Source: an uncultured Acidobacteriota bacterium
GTDB lineage: Bacteria > Acidobacteriota > Vicinamibacteria > Fen-336
Length of the DNA: 64,000 nucleotides
Direction of reading: 5' to 3'
Assembly (NCBI GenBank): GCA_963720545.1
Contig: OY970399.1
Span: 1,120,001-1,184,000 of the forward strand
Shown: piece after piece, positions 19,605 through 31,261 of the stretch
How positions within the stretch are numbered: position 1 is the first letter of the stretch
How the letters are laid out: every line of letters begins with the position of its first letter
Notes under the pieces: model-generated
What the model saw: the letters and a program-made list of their open reading frames with translations, nothing else
Databases searched by the model: none
What the model was told of the DNA's origin: nothing
Program-made: the position numbers and the translations under genes

Positions 19605-21541
19605 CGCATCCACACCAGGTAGGAGACGAACACCACGGCGCCGGCGAACAGCACCAGCGCGTAGCTGCGGATGAAGCCCGTCTGCAGCTCGCGCACGCCG
19701 GTGCCGAGGTCGCGCGTGATGCGGCCGACGCCGTTGACGCTGCCGTCGATGAGCGTTGCGTCCACTTCCTTCCAGAGCACCTTGTCGCTGCCCGAGACGA
19801 CCGCCGTCTTGACGAAGCCGTCGTAGGCCTCGTCGAAGTAGTACTTGTGTTCGAGCGCGTCCACCAGCGCCGGCACCTTTTCCTTCACCTTGTCGGGGCT
19901 GCGCGGGAAGGCGACGTACATGTAGTACGCGAGGAACGACGCGAGCACCGCGCCGCCGACCGCGGCGAACGGCACCCAGGTGACGTGCGCCTCATGGTGC
20001 GCGTCGAGGCGGAACACCGGGTCGACGAACTCGGGCAGGTTGAAATAGCCGGCGAGCGCCGAACCCACCGCGAGCAGCACCAGCGGCAGCAGCATCACCC
20101 ACGGCGACTCGTGCAGGTGGTGCTCCTGTTCGTGCGTGCCGCGGAACTGGCCGAAGAACGTCAGGAACACGAGCCGCGACATGTAGAACGCGGTGAGCAG
20201 CGCTGTCGCGAGGCCGATGAGGAACAGCCACTTGTGCCCGCCGTACGCGCTCAGCAGGATCGCGTCCTTGCTGAAATAGCCGGAGAAGCCGAGGGTCGCG
20301 ACGCCGATGCCCATGATCGCGAGCCAGCCGACGACGAAGGTGGCGAAGGTCCACGGGATCCTGCGCCACAGCCCGCCCATCTTCCACATGTCCTGCTCGC
20401 CGCCCATTGCGTGGATCACCGAGCCCGAGCCGAGGAACAGTAGCGCCTTGAAGAACGCGTGGGTGAAGAGATGGAAGACGGCCACCCCGAAGGCGCCGAC
20501 ACCGGCGGCCATGAACATGTAGCCGAGCTGGCTGACGGTCGAATAGGCGAGCACCTTCTTGATGTCGCTTTGCACCAGGGCGATGGTTGCCGCCATCAGC
20601 GCCGTGGCGGTGCCGATCACCGCCACCACCGTCATCGCCGTTGGCGACAGCGCGAAGAAAGGCGCGAGGCGCGACACCATGTAGACGCCCGCGGTCACCA
20701 TGGTCGCGGCATGGATGAGCGCCGACACCGGCGTCGGGCCTTCCATGGCGTCCGGCAGCCAGACGTGCAGCGGTATCTGCGCGCTCTTGCCGCAGGCGCC
20801 GACGAACAGCAGCAGGCAGGCGACCGTAACCGCGCCGAACTCCCAGGGAGCGTCGGGGGCGAGGGCGCCGGCGTTCGTCGCTATGTCCACGAAGTCGAGG
20901 CTGCCGAAGGCGTGGAACATCAGGATCATGCCGACGATCAGCCCGGCGTCGCCGATGCGGTTGACGATGAAGGCCTTCTTGCCGGCGTCGGAGGCGCTCT
21001 TCTTCTTGAACCAGAAGCCGATCAGCAGGTACGAGCACAGGCCGACGCCTTCCCAGCCGACGAACATCAGCGGCAGGTTGCCGCCGAGGATCAGCAGGAG
21101 CATGAAAAAGGTGAAGAGGTTGAGGTAGGAGAAGTAGCGCGGCCGCTCCTCGTCGTGCGCCATGTAGCCGACCGAGTACAGGTGGATGAGGAAGCCGATG
21201 CCGGTCACCACCAGCAGCAGCACCGCGGACAGCGGGTCGAGCAGCAGGTTGAGCGGCACCGAAAAGCCGCCGGCCTCCAGCCACTCGAAGCCGAGATAGG
21301 GCTGCGCGAAGCGCACGCCGCCTTCGCCCGGCGCCAGCTGCAACAGGCGGACCACGCAGACGATCGCCATCACGAACGAGCCGAACACGGTGCCGCATGC
21401 GAGCCAGGCGGCGCCGGCGCTCTCCTTGTGGCGCTTGATCGCGTCGCCGAACAGGGCGAGCACTGTGAAGCCGCAGAGCGGCAGCAGCAGGATCGCCCAG
21501 GGCAACAGCTCGAGCCAGCGGTCTTGGGTGGTGCCTAGCAT
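19601..21541 (-). CDS. nuoL: NADH-quinone oxidoreductase subunit L
   Basis: GKSAQIPLHVWLPDAMEGPTPVSALIHAATMVTAG. Confidence 0.97.
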   Translation of the reverse strand: MLGTTQDRWLELLPWAILLLPLCGFTVLALFGDAIKRHKESAGAAWLACGTVFGSFVMAIVCVVRLLQLAPGEGGVRFAQPYLGFEWLEAGGFSVPLNLLLDPLSAVLLLVVTGIGFLIHLYSVGYMAHDEERPRYFSYLNLFTFFMLLLILGGNLPLMFVGWEGVGLCSYLLIGFWFKKKSASDAGKKAFIVNRIGDAGLIVGMILMFHAFGSLDFVDIATNAGALAPDAPWEFGAVTVACLLLFVGACGKSAQIPLHVWLPDAMEGPTPVSALIHAATMVTAGVYMVSRLAPFFALSPTAMTVVAVIGTATALMAATIALVQSDIKKVLAYSTVSQLGYMFMAAGVGAFGVAVFHLFTHAFFKALLFLGSGSVIHAMGGEQDMWKMGGLWRRIPWTFATFVVGWLAIMGIGVATLGFSGYFSKDAILLSAYGGHKWLFLIGLATALLTAFYMSRLVFLTFFGQFRGTHEQEHHLHESPWVMLLPLVLLAVGSALAGYFNLPEFVDPVFRLDAHHEAHVTWVPFAAVGGAVLASFLAYYMYVAFPRSPDKVKEKVPALVDALEHKYYFDEAYDGFVKTAVVSGSDKVLWKEVDATLIDGSVNGVGRITRDLGTGVRELQTGFIRSYALVLFAGAVVFVSYLVWMR

Positions 21542-21545
21542 CCCG

Positions 21546-21854
21546 TCACCACTTCATGATGTTGAAGGAGTCCACGTCGAGGGTGTCCTTGTTGCGATGC
21601 AGCGCGATCACGATCGCGAGGCCCACCGCCGCCTCGGCGGCAGCGACCGCCATCACGAAGAACACCAGGATCTGGCCGTCGAGTGTGCCGTTCTGGCGGC
21701 TGAATGCGACGAACGCCAGGTTGACGGCATTGAGCATCAGCTCGATGCACATGAAGACGGTGATGATGTTGCGGCGCAGGAACACGCCGAGGGCACCGAC
21801 GCAGAAGAGCGCGGCGCTCAGGTAGAGGGCGGGCTGCACCAGTTCGTGGCTCAC
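21546..21854 (-). CDS. nuoK: NADH-quinone oxidoreductase subunit K
   Basis: [19 protein letters not shown]...[10 protein letters not shown]. Confidence 0.96.
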   Translation of the reverse strand: MSHELVQPALYLSAALFCVGALGVFLRRNIITVFMCIELMLNAVNLAFVAFSRQNGTLDGQILVFFVMAVAAAEAAVGLAIVIALHRNKDTLDVDSFNIMKW

Positions 21855-22348
21855 AGGTCCTTCTTCGCGAGGACCACGGCGCCGACGAGCGCGGCCAGGA
21901 TCAGCACCGAGGTGGCCTCGAACACGTACACGTATTGCGCCGAGAACAGCACCGCGGCCATGGCGCGGGTGGAAGCATCGAACTGGGCAGCCGCCGGCGG
22001 CAGCGCCGAACGCTGGTAGACGAGCGCCAGTTGCACGAACAGGCCCGCTGCGAGCAGCGCCGCGATGATCGCCAGGGTGCGGCCCTCCTTGCGGTCGTGG
22101 GCCTCGCGCTTCACGTTCAGCAGCATGATGACGAACAGGAACAGCACCATGATGGCGCCGGCGTAGACGATGATCTGCAGCACCGCGATGAACGGCGAGC
22201 CCAGCAGGCCGAAGATCGCCGACAACGAGCACAGTGTGATGATGAGCGCGAAGGCGCTGCGCGTCGGGTTGCGCTGGCCGATCACCACCAGGCCCGAGCC
22301 GAGCGCGACAGCGGCGAACGCGTAGAAGAGCGCGAGGTCGAGGCTCAT
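21851..22348 (-). CDS. nuoJ: NADH-quinone oxidoreductase subunit J
   Basis: [20 protein letters not shown]. Confidence 0.96.
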   Translation of the reverse strand: MSLDLALFYAFAAVALGSGLVVIGQRNPTRSAFALIITLCSLSAIFGLLGSPFIAVLQIIVYAGAIMVLFLFVIMLLNVKREAHDRKEGRTLAIIAALLAAGLFVQLALVYQRSALPPAAAQFDASTRAMAAVLFSAQYVYVFEATSVLILAALVGAVVLAKKDL

Positions 22349-23379
22349 CGGAAAGCCAGCCACGCGGCCGTCGCCACCACGTTCACGGTGGCCACGGGAA
22401 TCAGCACCTTCCAGCCGAAGTGCATCAGCTGGTCGTAGCGGAGACGCGGCACCGTGCCGCGCAGCCACACGAACACGAACAGGAAGAAGAACACCTTGGC
22501 GACGAACACCGCGAAGCCGACGCCGGGGAGCGTGTCCAGCGCCGGGATGCCGCTGTGCCAGCCGCCGAAGAACAGGTTGGCCGCCAGCACCGAGACCGTG
22601 ATCATGTTGACGTACTCGGCCATCTGCAGGAGTGCGAACTTCATCGACGAGTACTCGGTGTGAAACCCGGCCACCAGCTCGGTCTCACCTTCGGGCAGGT
22701 CGAACGGCAAGCGGCTGACCTCGGCGCACCCGGCGATGAAGTACACGAGGAAAGCGACGAACGGCAGCGGCAGCGCGAACACAAACCAGTTCCACACCGG
22801 CCCCGCCTGGTACGCGACGATGTCGGCGATGCGGAAGGAGCCGGTGAACATTATGATGCCCACCCACGAGAGCCCGAGGCTCAGCTCGTAGGAGAACAGC
22901 TGCGCCGACGAGCGCAGCCCGCCGATGAGCGCGTACTTGCTGTTCGACGCCCAGCCGGCCAGGACGATGCCGTAGACGCCGAGCGCCGTGATGGCGAAGA
23001 TGTAGAGCAGGCCGACGTCGAGGTCGGCGATCTGCATCTGGTACTCGCGGCCCCAGAGCGTGAACTTCGGGCCGTAAGGCACCACCGCGATCGCCATGAA
23101 GGCGGCGACCACCGACAGGCACGGCGCCAGCACGAACGCCCAGCGCTCGGCGCCCGCCGGCATCACTTCTTCCTTGAAGAACAGCTTGACCCCGTCCGCC
23201 ACTGGCTGCAGCAGGCCGAACGGGCCGACGCGGTTCGGGCCGAGGCGGAACTGCATGAACGCGAGCAGCCGGCGCTCGGCCCACGTCATCACGGTGAACA
23301 GCCCCTGGATGAGGCCGATGAGCACCGCGATCTTGACGAGTGCCACGAGCAGGTCCTGCTGCCACGGTGCCAGGTTCAT
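22345..23379 (-). CDS. nuoH: NADH-quinone oxidoreductase subunit H
   Basis: [42 protein letters not shown]. Confidence 0.97.
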   Translation of the reverse strand: MNLAPWQQDLLVALVKIAVLIGLIQGLFTVMTWAERRLLAFMQFRLGPNRVGPFGLLQPVADGVKLFFKEEVMPAGAERWAFVLAPCLSVVAAFMAIAVVPYGPKFTLWGREYQMQIADLDVGLLYIFAITALGVYGIVLAGWASNSKYALIGGLRSSAQLFSYELSLGLSWVGIIMFTGSFRIADIVAYQAGPVWNWFVFALPLPFVAFLVYFIAGCAEVSRLPFDLPEGETELVAGFHTEYSSMKFALLQMAEYVNMITVSVLAANLFFGGWHSGIPALDTLPGVGFAVFVAKVFFFLFVFVWLRGTVPRLRYDQLMHFGWKVLIPVATVNVVATAAWLAFR

Positions 23380-23385
23380 GGCGCG

Positions 23386-25248
23386 CTAGCGGGCGCCGTC
23401 CGTCGCCAGCACGCGCGTCTCCTGCGGCGCCGGCGTGGTCGCGGCGCGCGGCAGCGCACGGGCAGCGGCGAAGGTCGCGGCGACGCTCTTCCAGCAGCGC
23501 TTCTCGCGCACGTGGTACTCGTATTCCTCGCGGAACTTCTGGAGCGTCGACTGCGGCGGCGCGATGGCGGCATCGCCGAACGGGCACAGCGTCTTGCCGC
23601 CGATCGACTCGGTGACGTTCCACAGCACGTCGAGGTCCTTCTCGGTGCCGTGGCCCGCCTCGATGCGCTCCAGGATGCGCAGCATCCAGCCGGTGCCCTC
23701 GCGGCACGGCGAGCACTTGCCGCACGACTCGTGCTTGTAGAAGAAGGTCAGCTTCATCGCCATCCACACCATGCAGGTGCTGTCGTCCATGACGATGGTG
23801 CCGGCCGAGCCGAGCATCGAACCGGCCTTGGCGACGCCGTCGAAGTCCATCGGCACGTCGATCTCGTCGGCCGTCAGCACCGGTGTGGACGAGCCGCCGG
23901 GAACCACGGCGCGCAGCGTGCGCCCCGCGGGCACGCCGCCCGCGAAGTCGGGCGACTCGATCAGTTCGCGCAGCGTGATCTTGCCCATCGGCGCCTCGTA
24001 GGTGCCAGGGCGGTTGACGTTGCCGGAGATGGAATAGAGCTTGGGCCCGCCGTTCTTTTCGGTGCCGAGCGCCGCGAACCACTCGGCGCCGCGCTCCAGG
24101 ATGAGCGGCACGTTGACCAGCGTCTCGACGTTGTTGACGATCGTCGGCGACGCGTAGAGGCCGCTGGTCGCCGGGAACGGCGGCTTGAGCCGCGGCTGGC
24201 CGCGCTTGCCCTCGAGGCTTTCGAGGAGCGCAGTCTCTTCGCCGCACTCATAGGCGCCGGCGCCGCCGTGCACCACGCACTCGAGGTCGATGCCGGTGCC
24301 GAGGATGTTCCTGCCGAGGAGTCCGGCGGCATAGGCCTCGCCCACCGCCTTCTCGAGGATGCGGATGCCCTCGACGAACTCGCCCCTGATATAGATGAAG
24401 CACAGCTGCGAGCGGATCGCGTGCGCCGAGACGATGCACGCCTCGATGAGCTGGTGCGGATCGCGTTCGATCAGCAGGCGGTCCTTGAAGGTGCCCGGCT
24501 CGCTCTCGTCGGCGTTGACGCAGAGGTAGCGGGGCTTCGGGTTGTCCTTCGGCAGGAAGCTCCACTTGAGCCCGGTGGGAAACCCGGCGCCGCCGCGCCC
24601 GCGCAAGGTCGACTTCTTCACCGTCTCGACGATCTCGTCCGGGCTCGTGCGCAGGTGCTTCTCGAGGTGCTGGTAACCGCCACCGGCCTTGTAAGTCGCG
24701 AGCGAGGCCGAATCCTGCTTGAAGACATTGCGCAGCAGGATCTGTTCGCCCTTGCTCTGCGGCCAGTCGAAGTAGCGATAGGCATCGCCGCCGGCGATCA
24801 ACTTGTCCATGTCGGCGTCGGTCGCGTGCTCGAGCCACTCGCCGTTCACCTGCACCGCGGGGCCGCCGCCGCAGGCCGCGAGGCACTCGACGCGGGTGAC
24901 GACGAACTTGCCGTTGCCGGTGACCTCGCCTTCCTTCACGCCGAGCTTGGCGCAGGTGCGCTCGATGAGGCCGTCGGCGCCCATGAGCGCGCAGGAGAGA
25001 TTGGTGCACACCTCGATGTGCTTTTCGCCCCACGGCTTGAAGCGGAACATCGCGTAGTAGGACGCGGTGTCGTGCACCTGCGCGGGCGACAGCTCGAGCA
25101 GGGTGCCGATGTACTCCATCGCCTCGCGCGTCACGTAGCCTTCCTGCTGCTGCGCGAGGTGCAGCGCGGGCAGGATGGCGGAGCGCTTCACGGGATAGCG
25201 CTTCAGGATTTCGTCGAAGCGCTTCTTGCGGTCGGGCGTGAATTCCAT
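23386..25248 (-). CDS. nuoEF: Fused NuoE-NuoF NADH dehydrogenase module
   Basis: NuoE CTNLSC...CLAAC in frame with NuoF GRGGAGFPTG, ADESEPGTFKD, ESCGKCSPCREG. Confidence 0.92.
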   Translation of the reverse strand: MEFTPDRKKRFDEILKRYPVKRSAILPALHLAQQQEGYVTREAMEYIGTLLELSPAQVHDTASYYAMFRFKPWGEKHIEVCTNLSCALMGADGLIERTCAKLGVKEGEVTGNGKFVVTRVECLAACGGGPAVQVNGEWLEHATDADMDKLIAGGDAYRYFDWPQSKGEQILLRNVFKQDSASLATYKAGGGYQHLEKHLRTSPDEIVETVKKSTLRGRGGAGFPTGLKWSFLPKDNPKPRYLCVNADESEPGTFKDRLLIERDPHQLIEACIVSAHAIRSQLCFIYIRGEFVEGIRILEKAVGEAYAAGLLGRNILGTGIDLECVVHGGAGAYECGEETALLESLEGKRGQPRLKPPFPATSGLYASPTIVNNVETLVNVPLILERGAEWFAALGTEKNGGPKLYSISGNVNRPGTYEAPMGKITLRELIESPDFAGGVPAGRTLRAVVPGGSSTPVLTADEIDVPMDFDGVAKAGSMLGSAGTIVMDDSTCMVWMAMKLTFFYKHESCGKCSPCREGTGWMLRILERIEAGHGTEKDLDVLWNVTESIGGKTLCPFGDAAIAPPQSTLQKFREEYEYHVREKRCWKSVAATFAAARALPRAATTPAPQETRVLATDGAR

Positions 25249-25268
25249 GGGCTGGCTTGCGGTGGCCG

Positions 25269-25643
25269 CTACCAGTCGAGCGCGCCGACCTTCCAGGCGT
25301 AAGCAAAGCCGCCGCCCAGCAAGGTCACGAAGGTCATCATCTCGACGAACGTGAATGCGCCGAGACCGGCCGCGACCAGGTCCCTGAAGATCAGCGCCCA
25401 CGGATACAGGAATGCGGCGTCCACGTCGAGCAGGATGAAGATCATGCAGACGAGGTAGAACTTGATCGGAAAACGCTCGCGGGCGGTGCCAATGGCAGGG
25501 ATTCCGCATTCGTATGCGGCGTCCTTCGCGGCGTTCGGCCGATGCTTGCCGAGGACCTGCGAGAGCACCACCGTGAAGACGGCGAAACCCGCGGCCACGA
25601 GACCGAGGAGCAGCACAGGGACGTAGGTTGGAAGGGTTTGCAT
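25269..25643 (-). CDS. nuoA: NADH-quinone oxidoreductase subunit A
   Basis: AYECG...RFPIKFYL...FLYPWA...WKVGALDW. Confidence 0.95.
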   Translation of the reverse strand: MQTLPTYVPVLLLGLVAAGFAVFTVVLSQVLGKHRPNAAKDAAYECGIPAIGTARERFPIKFYLVCMIFILLDVDAAFLYPWALIFRDLVAAGLGAFTFVEMMTFVTLLGGGFAYAWKVGALDW

Positions 25644-25694
25644 TCTGTTGGCTGCGTGTAACTTCCGGCCCGTCGGCCAGGAACGTTGACGCGC

Positions 25695-25724
25695 ACTATA
25701 CCGTCAGCGTTCGACAACGGTCAA
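25695..25724 (-). promoter_or_regulatory. Sigma-70-like promoter of the nuo operon
   Basis: TTGACC-N18-TATAGT about 50 nt upstream of nuoA. Confidence 0.6.
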
Positions 25725-25889
25725 CGAACGCGAAGCGGCGTCTGTTTGGACTGATTGTAGAAACACGTCGGCAAAAGATGCAGGAACGCCTCCGCCACTC
25801 AGCGTCAGGTAGTCTGGTGTACACCAAGCGTCGGGCCGGCGGTGGCACCCGCCTTGCTCCGTGACCTGCGGGGAGGTCTGAATTCAACC

Positions 25890-27131
25890 ATGGCGACAGC
25901 GTCCGTCGAGCTTCGCCCGGCACGCCAGGAACTCATCCGCCAGGCGCGCCAGCGTAGCGACGAACTCTTTGCGATGCTGGATCCAGGCCTCCTTTTCGTC
26001 CGGCCCATCCCCTTGCGCCATCGGCTCGTGTTCTACCTGGGCCACCTGGAGGCGTTCGACTTCAATCAGCTGGTGAAGGCGGATGCCGGACCGCGAGGCT
26101 CGGTGCATCCGGCCTTCGAGAAGCTCTTCGACCGGGGCATCGACCCCGCCGCCGGCGAGGAGCCACAGGACACGGCGCGCGACTGGCCGGCGCGCGGCGA
26201 GATCGAGGCGTTCCGCAAGCGCACGCGCCTGGCCGTGGATGATGCGGTCGCCGCAGACCGCGCCGGCGACGACCTCGTGCACCTCATGGGCGAGCATCGC
26301 CTGATGCACGTCGAGACGCTCGCGTACATGCTGCACCAGCTGCCGGGCTCGGCGAAGAATCAGCCGCGCGGCGGCGTCACCCGCAGACGCCTCGGCCAGC
26401 TCGACCGCTCGCCGGTCGAGGTGCCGGAAGGCAAGGCGTTGCTCGGCCGCGAGCGCGGCACGGGCTGGGGCTGGGACAACGAGTTCGAAGCGAACTGTGT
26501 GCCGGTCGAAGCCTTTCGCATCGACCGCCACAAGGTGACGAACGGTGAGTACCTGCGCTACGTGCTCGCGACCGGCGCTCTTCCCCCGCACTTCTGGAGC
26601 AGGCAGGGCAGCACGTGGCTGTGGCGCGGCATGTTCGAGTCCGTGCCGCTGCCGCTCGACGCGCCGGTATTCGTCACCCACGACGAAGCCGACGCCTATG
26701 CGCAGTGGCGCGGCCAGCGGCTGCCGACCGAAGCCGAATTCCATCGCGCTGCCTACGGCACCCCCGAAGGCGGCGAACGCCCCTATCCGTGGGGCGCAGA
26801 GCCGCCGACCGCGGCCCGCGCGCACGCCGATTTCCACGGCTTCGATCCCGTGGACGTGGGCGCGACGCCGGAAGGCGACAGCGCCTTCGGCGCGGCGCAG
26901 ATGGTGGGCAACGGCTGGGAGTGGACTGCCACCCCGTTTGCCCCGTTTCCCGGCTTTGCGGCGCAACAGACCTACCCCGAGTACTCCGCCGATTTCTTCG
27001 ATTCCCGCCACTACGTCCTGAAGGGCGGCTCGCCGCGCACCGCCGCGGCGCTGCTGCGGCGTTCGTTCCGCAACTGGTTCCGGCCCGACTACCCCTACGT
27101 GTACGCTGCGTTTCGTTGTGTCGAGTCGTGA
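25890..27131 (+). CDS. egtB: EgtB/OvoA-family sulfoxide synthase (DinB_2 + FGE-sulfatase domains)
   Basis: RHRLVFYLGHLEAF, EHRLMHVE (HxxxHxE), GWDNE, RLPTEAE, GNGWEW, RRSFRNWF. Confidence 0.82.
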   Translation: MATASVELRPARQELIRQARQRSDELFAMLDPGLLFVRPIPLRHRLVFYLGHLEAFDFNQLVKADAGPRGSVHPAFEKLFDRGIDPAAGEEPQDTARDWPARGEIEAFRKRTRLAVDDAVAADRAGDDLVHLMGEHRLMHVETLAYMLHQLPGSAKNQPRGGVTRRRLGQLDRSPVEVPEGKALLGRERGTGWGWDNEFEANCVPVEAFRIDRHKVTNGEYLRYVLATGALPPHFWSRQGSTWLWRGMFESVPLPLDAPVFVTHDEADAYAQWRGQRLPTEAEFHRAAYGTPEGGERPYPWGAEPPTAARAHADFHGFDPVDVGATPEGDSAFGAAQMVGNGWEWTATPFAPFPGFAAQQTYPEYSADFFDSRHYVLKGGSPRTAAALLRRSFRNWFRPDYPYVYAAFRCVES

Positions 27132-28129
27132 GCGGTTCCGGCTCCAGCATCAGGCGTGAGGATCGCCGCGGCGATCCGGCGCTGCGCGCCTTCGCCGGCG
27201 ACGTGCGCAGCGGCCTCGGCGCAACCGGCCAGAAGACGCTGCCCTGCCGCTACCTCTATGACGACCTCGGCTCGGCGCTGTTCGAAGCGATCACCTACCT
27301 CCCCGAGTACGGGCCGACGCGTGCCGACCTGCGCCTCCTGACCGGCCACGCGGGCGACATCGCGCGCCGCTTCACCGCGTCGCCGCTGGTGGTGGAACTG
27401 GGAAGCGGCTCCGGGCGCAAGACTCGGCCGCTGCTGCAGGCGTTCTCCCGGCTCGGTCCCATCGACTACCGCCCCATCGACGTCTCCGCCGCCGCGCTGC
27501 GCGCCTGCGTCGCCGACCTCTCGCCCGTCGCCAGGGTCTCGCCCATCGTCGGCGACTACTTCGAAGGGCTGCAGCAGGCGATCACGGCGCGCCATGGCCG
27601 CCGCGTGCTGCTGCTGTTCCTCGGCGGCACCATCGGCAATTTCGATCCCGCCGAGCGCGCGGCCTTCCTTGCCGGCATCGCACGGCAGCTGGCGCCCGGC
27701 GACCAGTTCCTGTTCGGCGCCGACCTCGTCACCGACGCGGAGAGGCTGCTGCCCGCGTACGACGATCCGCCGGGCGTGACCGCCGCCTTCGACAAGAACC
27801 TGCTGGCGCGCGTCAACCGCGAGCTGGGCGCCGACTTCGACCTCGACCTGTTCGAGCATGTGGCGGCGTTCGACGCGCGGCACTCGCGCGTCGAGATGCA
27901 CCTGCGAGCGAAGCGCGCGCAGCGCGTCAGCATCCCGGCGGCGCGCCTCGCCATCGACCTCGCCGCGGGCGAAACCATCTGGACCGAGTCGAGCTACAAG
28001 TTCAAGGGCGACGAGGTGCGCGCGTGGAGCGTGGACTTCGGCTTCCGCGGCGTCGCACAATGGATCGACGCCGAGTGGCAGTTCTCCGAGAACTTGTGGG
28101 AGCGGGGCTTCAACCAGCCGCGCTCCTGA
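27128..28129 (+). CDS. egtD: L-histidine N-alpha-trimethyltransferase
   Basis: YLYDDLGSALFEAITYLPEY, ELGSGSGRKT, GGTIGNF, AYDDPPGVTAAF, IWTESSYKF. Confidence 0.92.
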   Translation: MSGSGSSIRREDRRGDPALRAFAGDVRSGLGATGQKTLPCRYLYDDLGSALFEAITYLPEYGPTRADLRLLTGHAGDIARRFTASPLVVELGSGSGRKTRPLLQAFSRLGPIDYRPIDVSAAALRACVADLSPVARVSPIVGDYFEGLQQAITARHGRRVLLLFLGGTIGNFDPAERAAFLAGIARQLAPGDQFLFGADLVTDAERLLPAYDDPPGVTAAFDKNLLARVNRELGADFDLDLFEHVAAFDARHSRVEMHLRAKRAQRVSIPAARLAIDLAAGETIWTESSYKFKGDEVRAWSVDFGFRGVAQWIDAEWQFSENLWERGFNQPRS

Positions 28130-28190
28130 ACCAGGGGCGGCCGCAACCCGTCTTGCGCTGGCGGGCCGCGAGACGCGATACTCAACGCGC

Positions 28191-29606
<1,416 letters not shown>

Positions 29607-29635
29607 CGCATGCCGATTACGAAAGGAGCCACACC

Positions 29636-31261
29636 TTGAGACTGTCCCCGGGCCTCATCGTCCTGGTGCTCGCCGCACCGCCGGCCGTGCCGCTGCACGC
29701 CGCCGAATCCGTCGACTACGAAGCGGTTGCGAAGATCCGCGACGAAGCGTTTCACCGCTCCGAGGTGATGGACACGCTCGCCCAGCTCACCGACAGCCTC
29801 GGCCCGCGGCTCACCAACTCGCCGCAGCAGCGCGCCGCGAGCGACTGGGCGCGCACCCGGCTCGAAGGCTGGGGGCTGAAGAACGCGCGCCTCGAATCGT
29901 GGGGCCATTTCGGCCGCGGCTGGAGCTGCCAGGGCGTTTCGGTGCGCATGGTGGCACCGCAGGTGGCGCAGCTCATCGGCTACCCGAAGGCGTGGACGCC
30001 CGGCACCAACGGTGCGGTGCGCGGCGAGGTCGTGAAGGCAGTGGTCAAGGAAGAGGCGGACCTCGACAAGCTGAAGGGCCAGGTGGCCGGCAAGATCGTG
30101 CTGCTGGGCGACGCCGCGCCGCTCGCGACTTCGGACAAGCCGGTGTTCTCGCGCTACGACGCCGCCGGCCTCGAGGAGCTGAGCCGCTTCGAGGCGCCGT
30201 CCACCGACCGCGCGCGCCGCGAGGAAGCGGTGAAGCGCATTGCGCTCGGCAAGAAGGTGCGCGCCTTCATGGCCACCGAGAAGGCGCTCGCGGTGTTCGA
30301 GCCGAGCGAGCGCGAAGGCGCCGTGGTGCGGGTGACCGGCGGCGGGTCGCGCGAGAAGGATGAAGACCCGGGCGTGCCGAACCTGGTGCTGGCGGTCGAG
30401 CACTACAACCGCCTCGTCCGCCTCGCCGAGCGCAAGCAGAAAGTCGAGGTCGAGATCGACGTCAAGGCCGCCTTCAACGACGACAACGAGGACGCCGCCA
30501 ACGTGGTCGCCGAGATTCCGGGCACCGACAAGGCAGCTGAGGTGGTGATGGTCGGCGCGCATCTCGACTCGTGGCACTCGGGCACCGGCGCCACCGACAA
30601 CGCCGCCGGCTCGGCCGTGGCGATGGAGGCGGTGCGCATCATCCAGGCGCTCGGGCTGAAGCCGCGGCGCACCATCCGCATCGCCTTGTGGACCGGCGAG
30701 GAACAGGGCCTCCTGGGTTCGCGCGGCTACGTGAAGGAGCACTTCGCGAGCCGCCCCGAGTCGAGCGACCCGACGGAGAAGGACCTGCCGTCCGGCCTGC
30801 GCACGCCGCAGTGGCCGATCACGGTGAAGCCCGAACACGCCAAGTTCTCGGCCTACTTCAACCTCGACAATGGCACCGGCAAGGTGCGCGGTATTTACGC
30901 GCAGGAGAATGGCGCCGCGGTGCCAGTGTTCGAAGCCTGGCTGAAGCCGCTCGCCGACCTGGGCGCCACCACCATCACGCAGCGCAACACCGGCAGCACC
31001 GACCACGTGCCGTTCGACGCCGTTGGCCTGCCCGGTTTCCAGTTCATCCAGGACCCCGCCGACTACTCGACCCGCAGCCACCACACGAACGTGGACACCA
31101 TGGACCGAATCCAGAAGGACGACATGGTGCAGGCCTCGATCGTGATGGCGTCGTTCGCGTACAACGCAGCGATGCGCGACGCCCTGTTCCCGCGCAAGCC
31201 GATGCCGAAGGAGCCGGCGAAGACGCCGGAGAAGGCGCCGGAGAAGCCCGCCGCCCGTTAG
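29636..31261 (+). CDS. Secreted M28 family peptidase (carboxypeptidase Q-like)
   Basis: AAAGGAG RBS, signal peptide, GAHLDSW, GATDNAAG, GEEQGL, HHT. Confidence 0.9.
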   Translation: MRLSPGLIVLVLAAPPAVPLHAAESVDYEAVAKIRDEAFHRSEVMDTLAQLTDSLGPRLTNSPQQRAASDWARTRLEGWGLKNARLESWGHFGRGWSCQGVSVRMVAPQVAQLIGYPKAWTPGTNGAVRGEVVKAVVKEEADLDKLKGQVAGKIVLLGDAAPLATSDKPVFSRYDAAGLEELSRFEAPSTDRARREEAVKRIALGKKVRAFMATEKALAVFEPSEREGAVVRVTGGGSREKDEDPGVPNLVLAVEHYNRLVRLAERKQKVEVEIDVKAAFNDDNEDAANVVAEIPGTDKAAEVVMVGAHLDSWHSGTGATDNAAGSAVAMEAVRIIQALGLKPRRTIRIALWTGEEQGLLGSRGYVKEHFASRPESSDPTEKDLPSGLRTPQWPITVKPEHAKFSAYFNLDNGTGKVRGIYAQENGAAVPVFEAWLKPLADLGATTITQRNTGSTDHVPFDAVGLPGFQFIQDPADYSTRSHHTNVDTMDRIQKDDMVQASIVMASFAYNAAMRDALFPRKPMPKEPAKTPEKAPEKPAAR

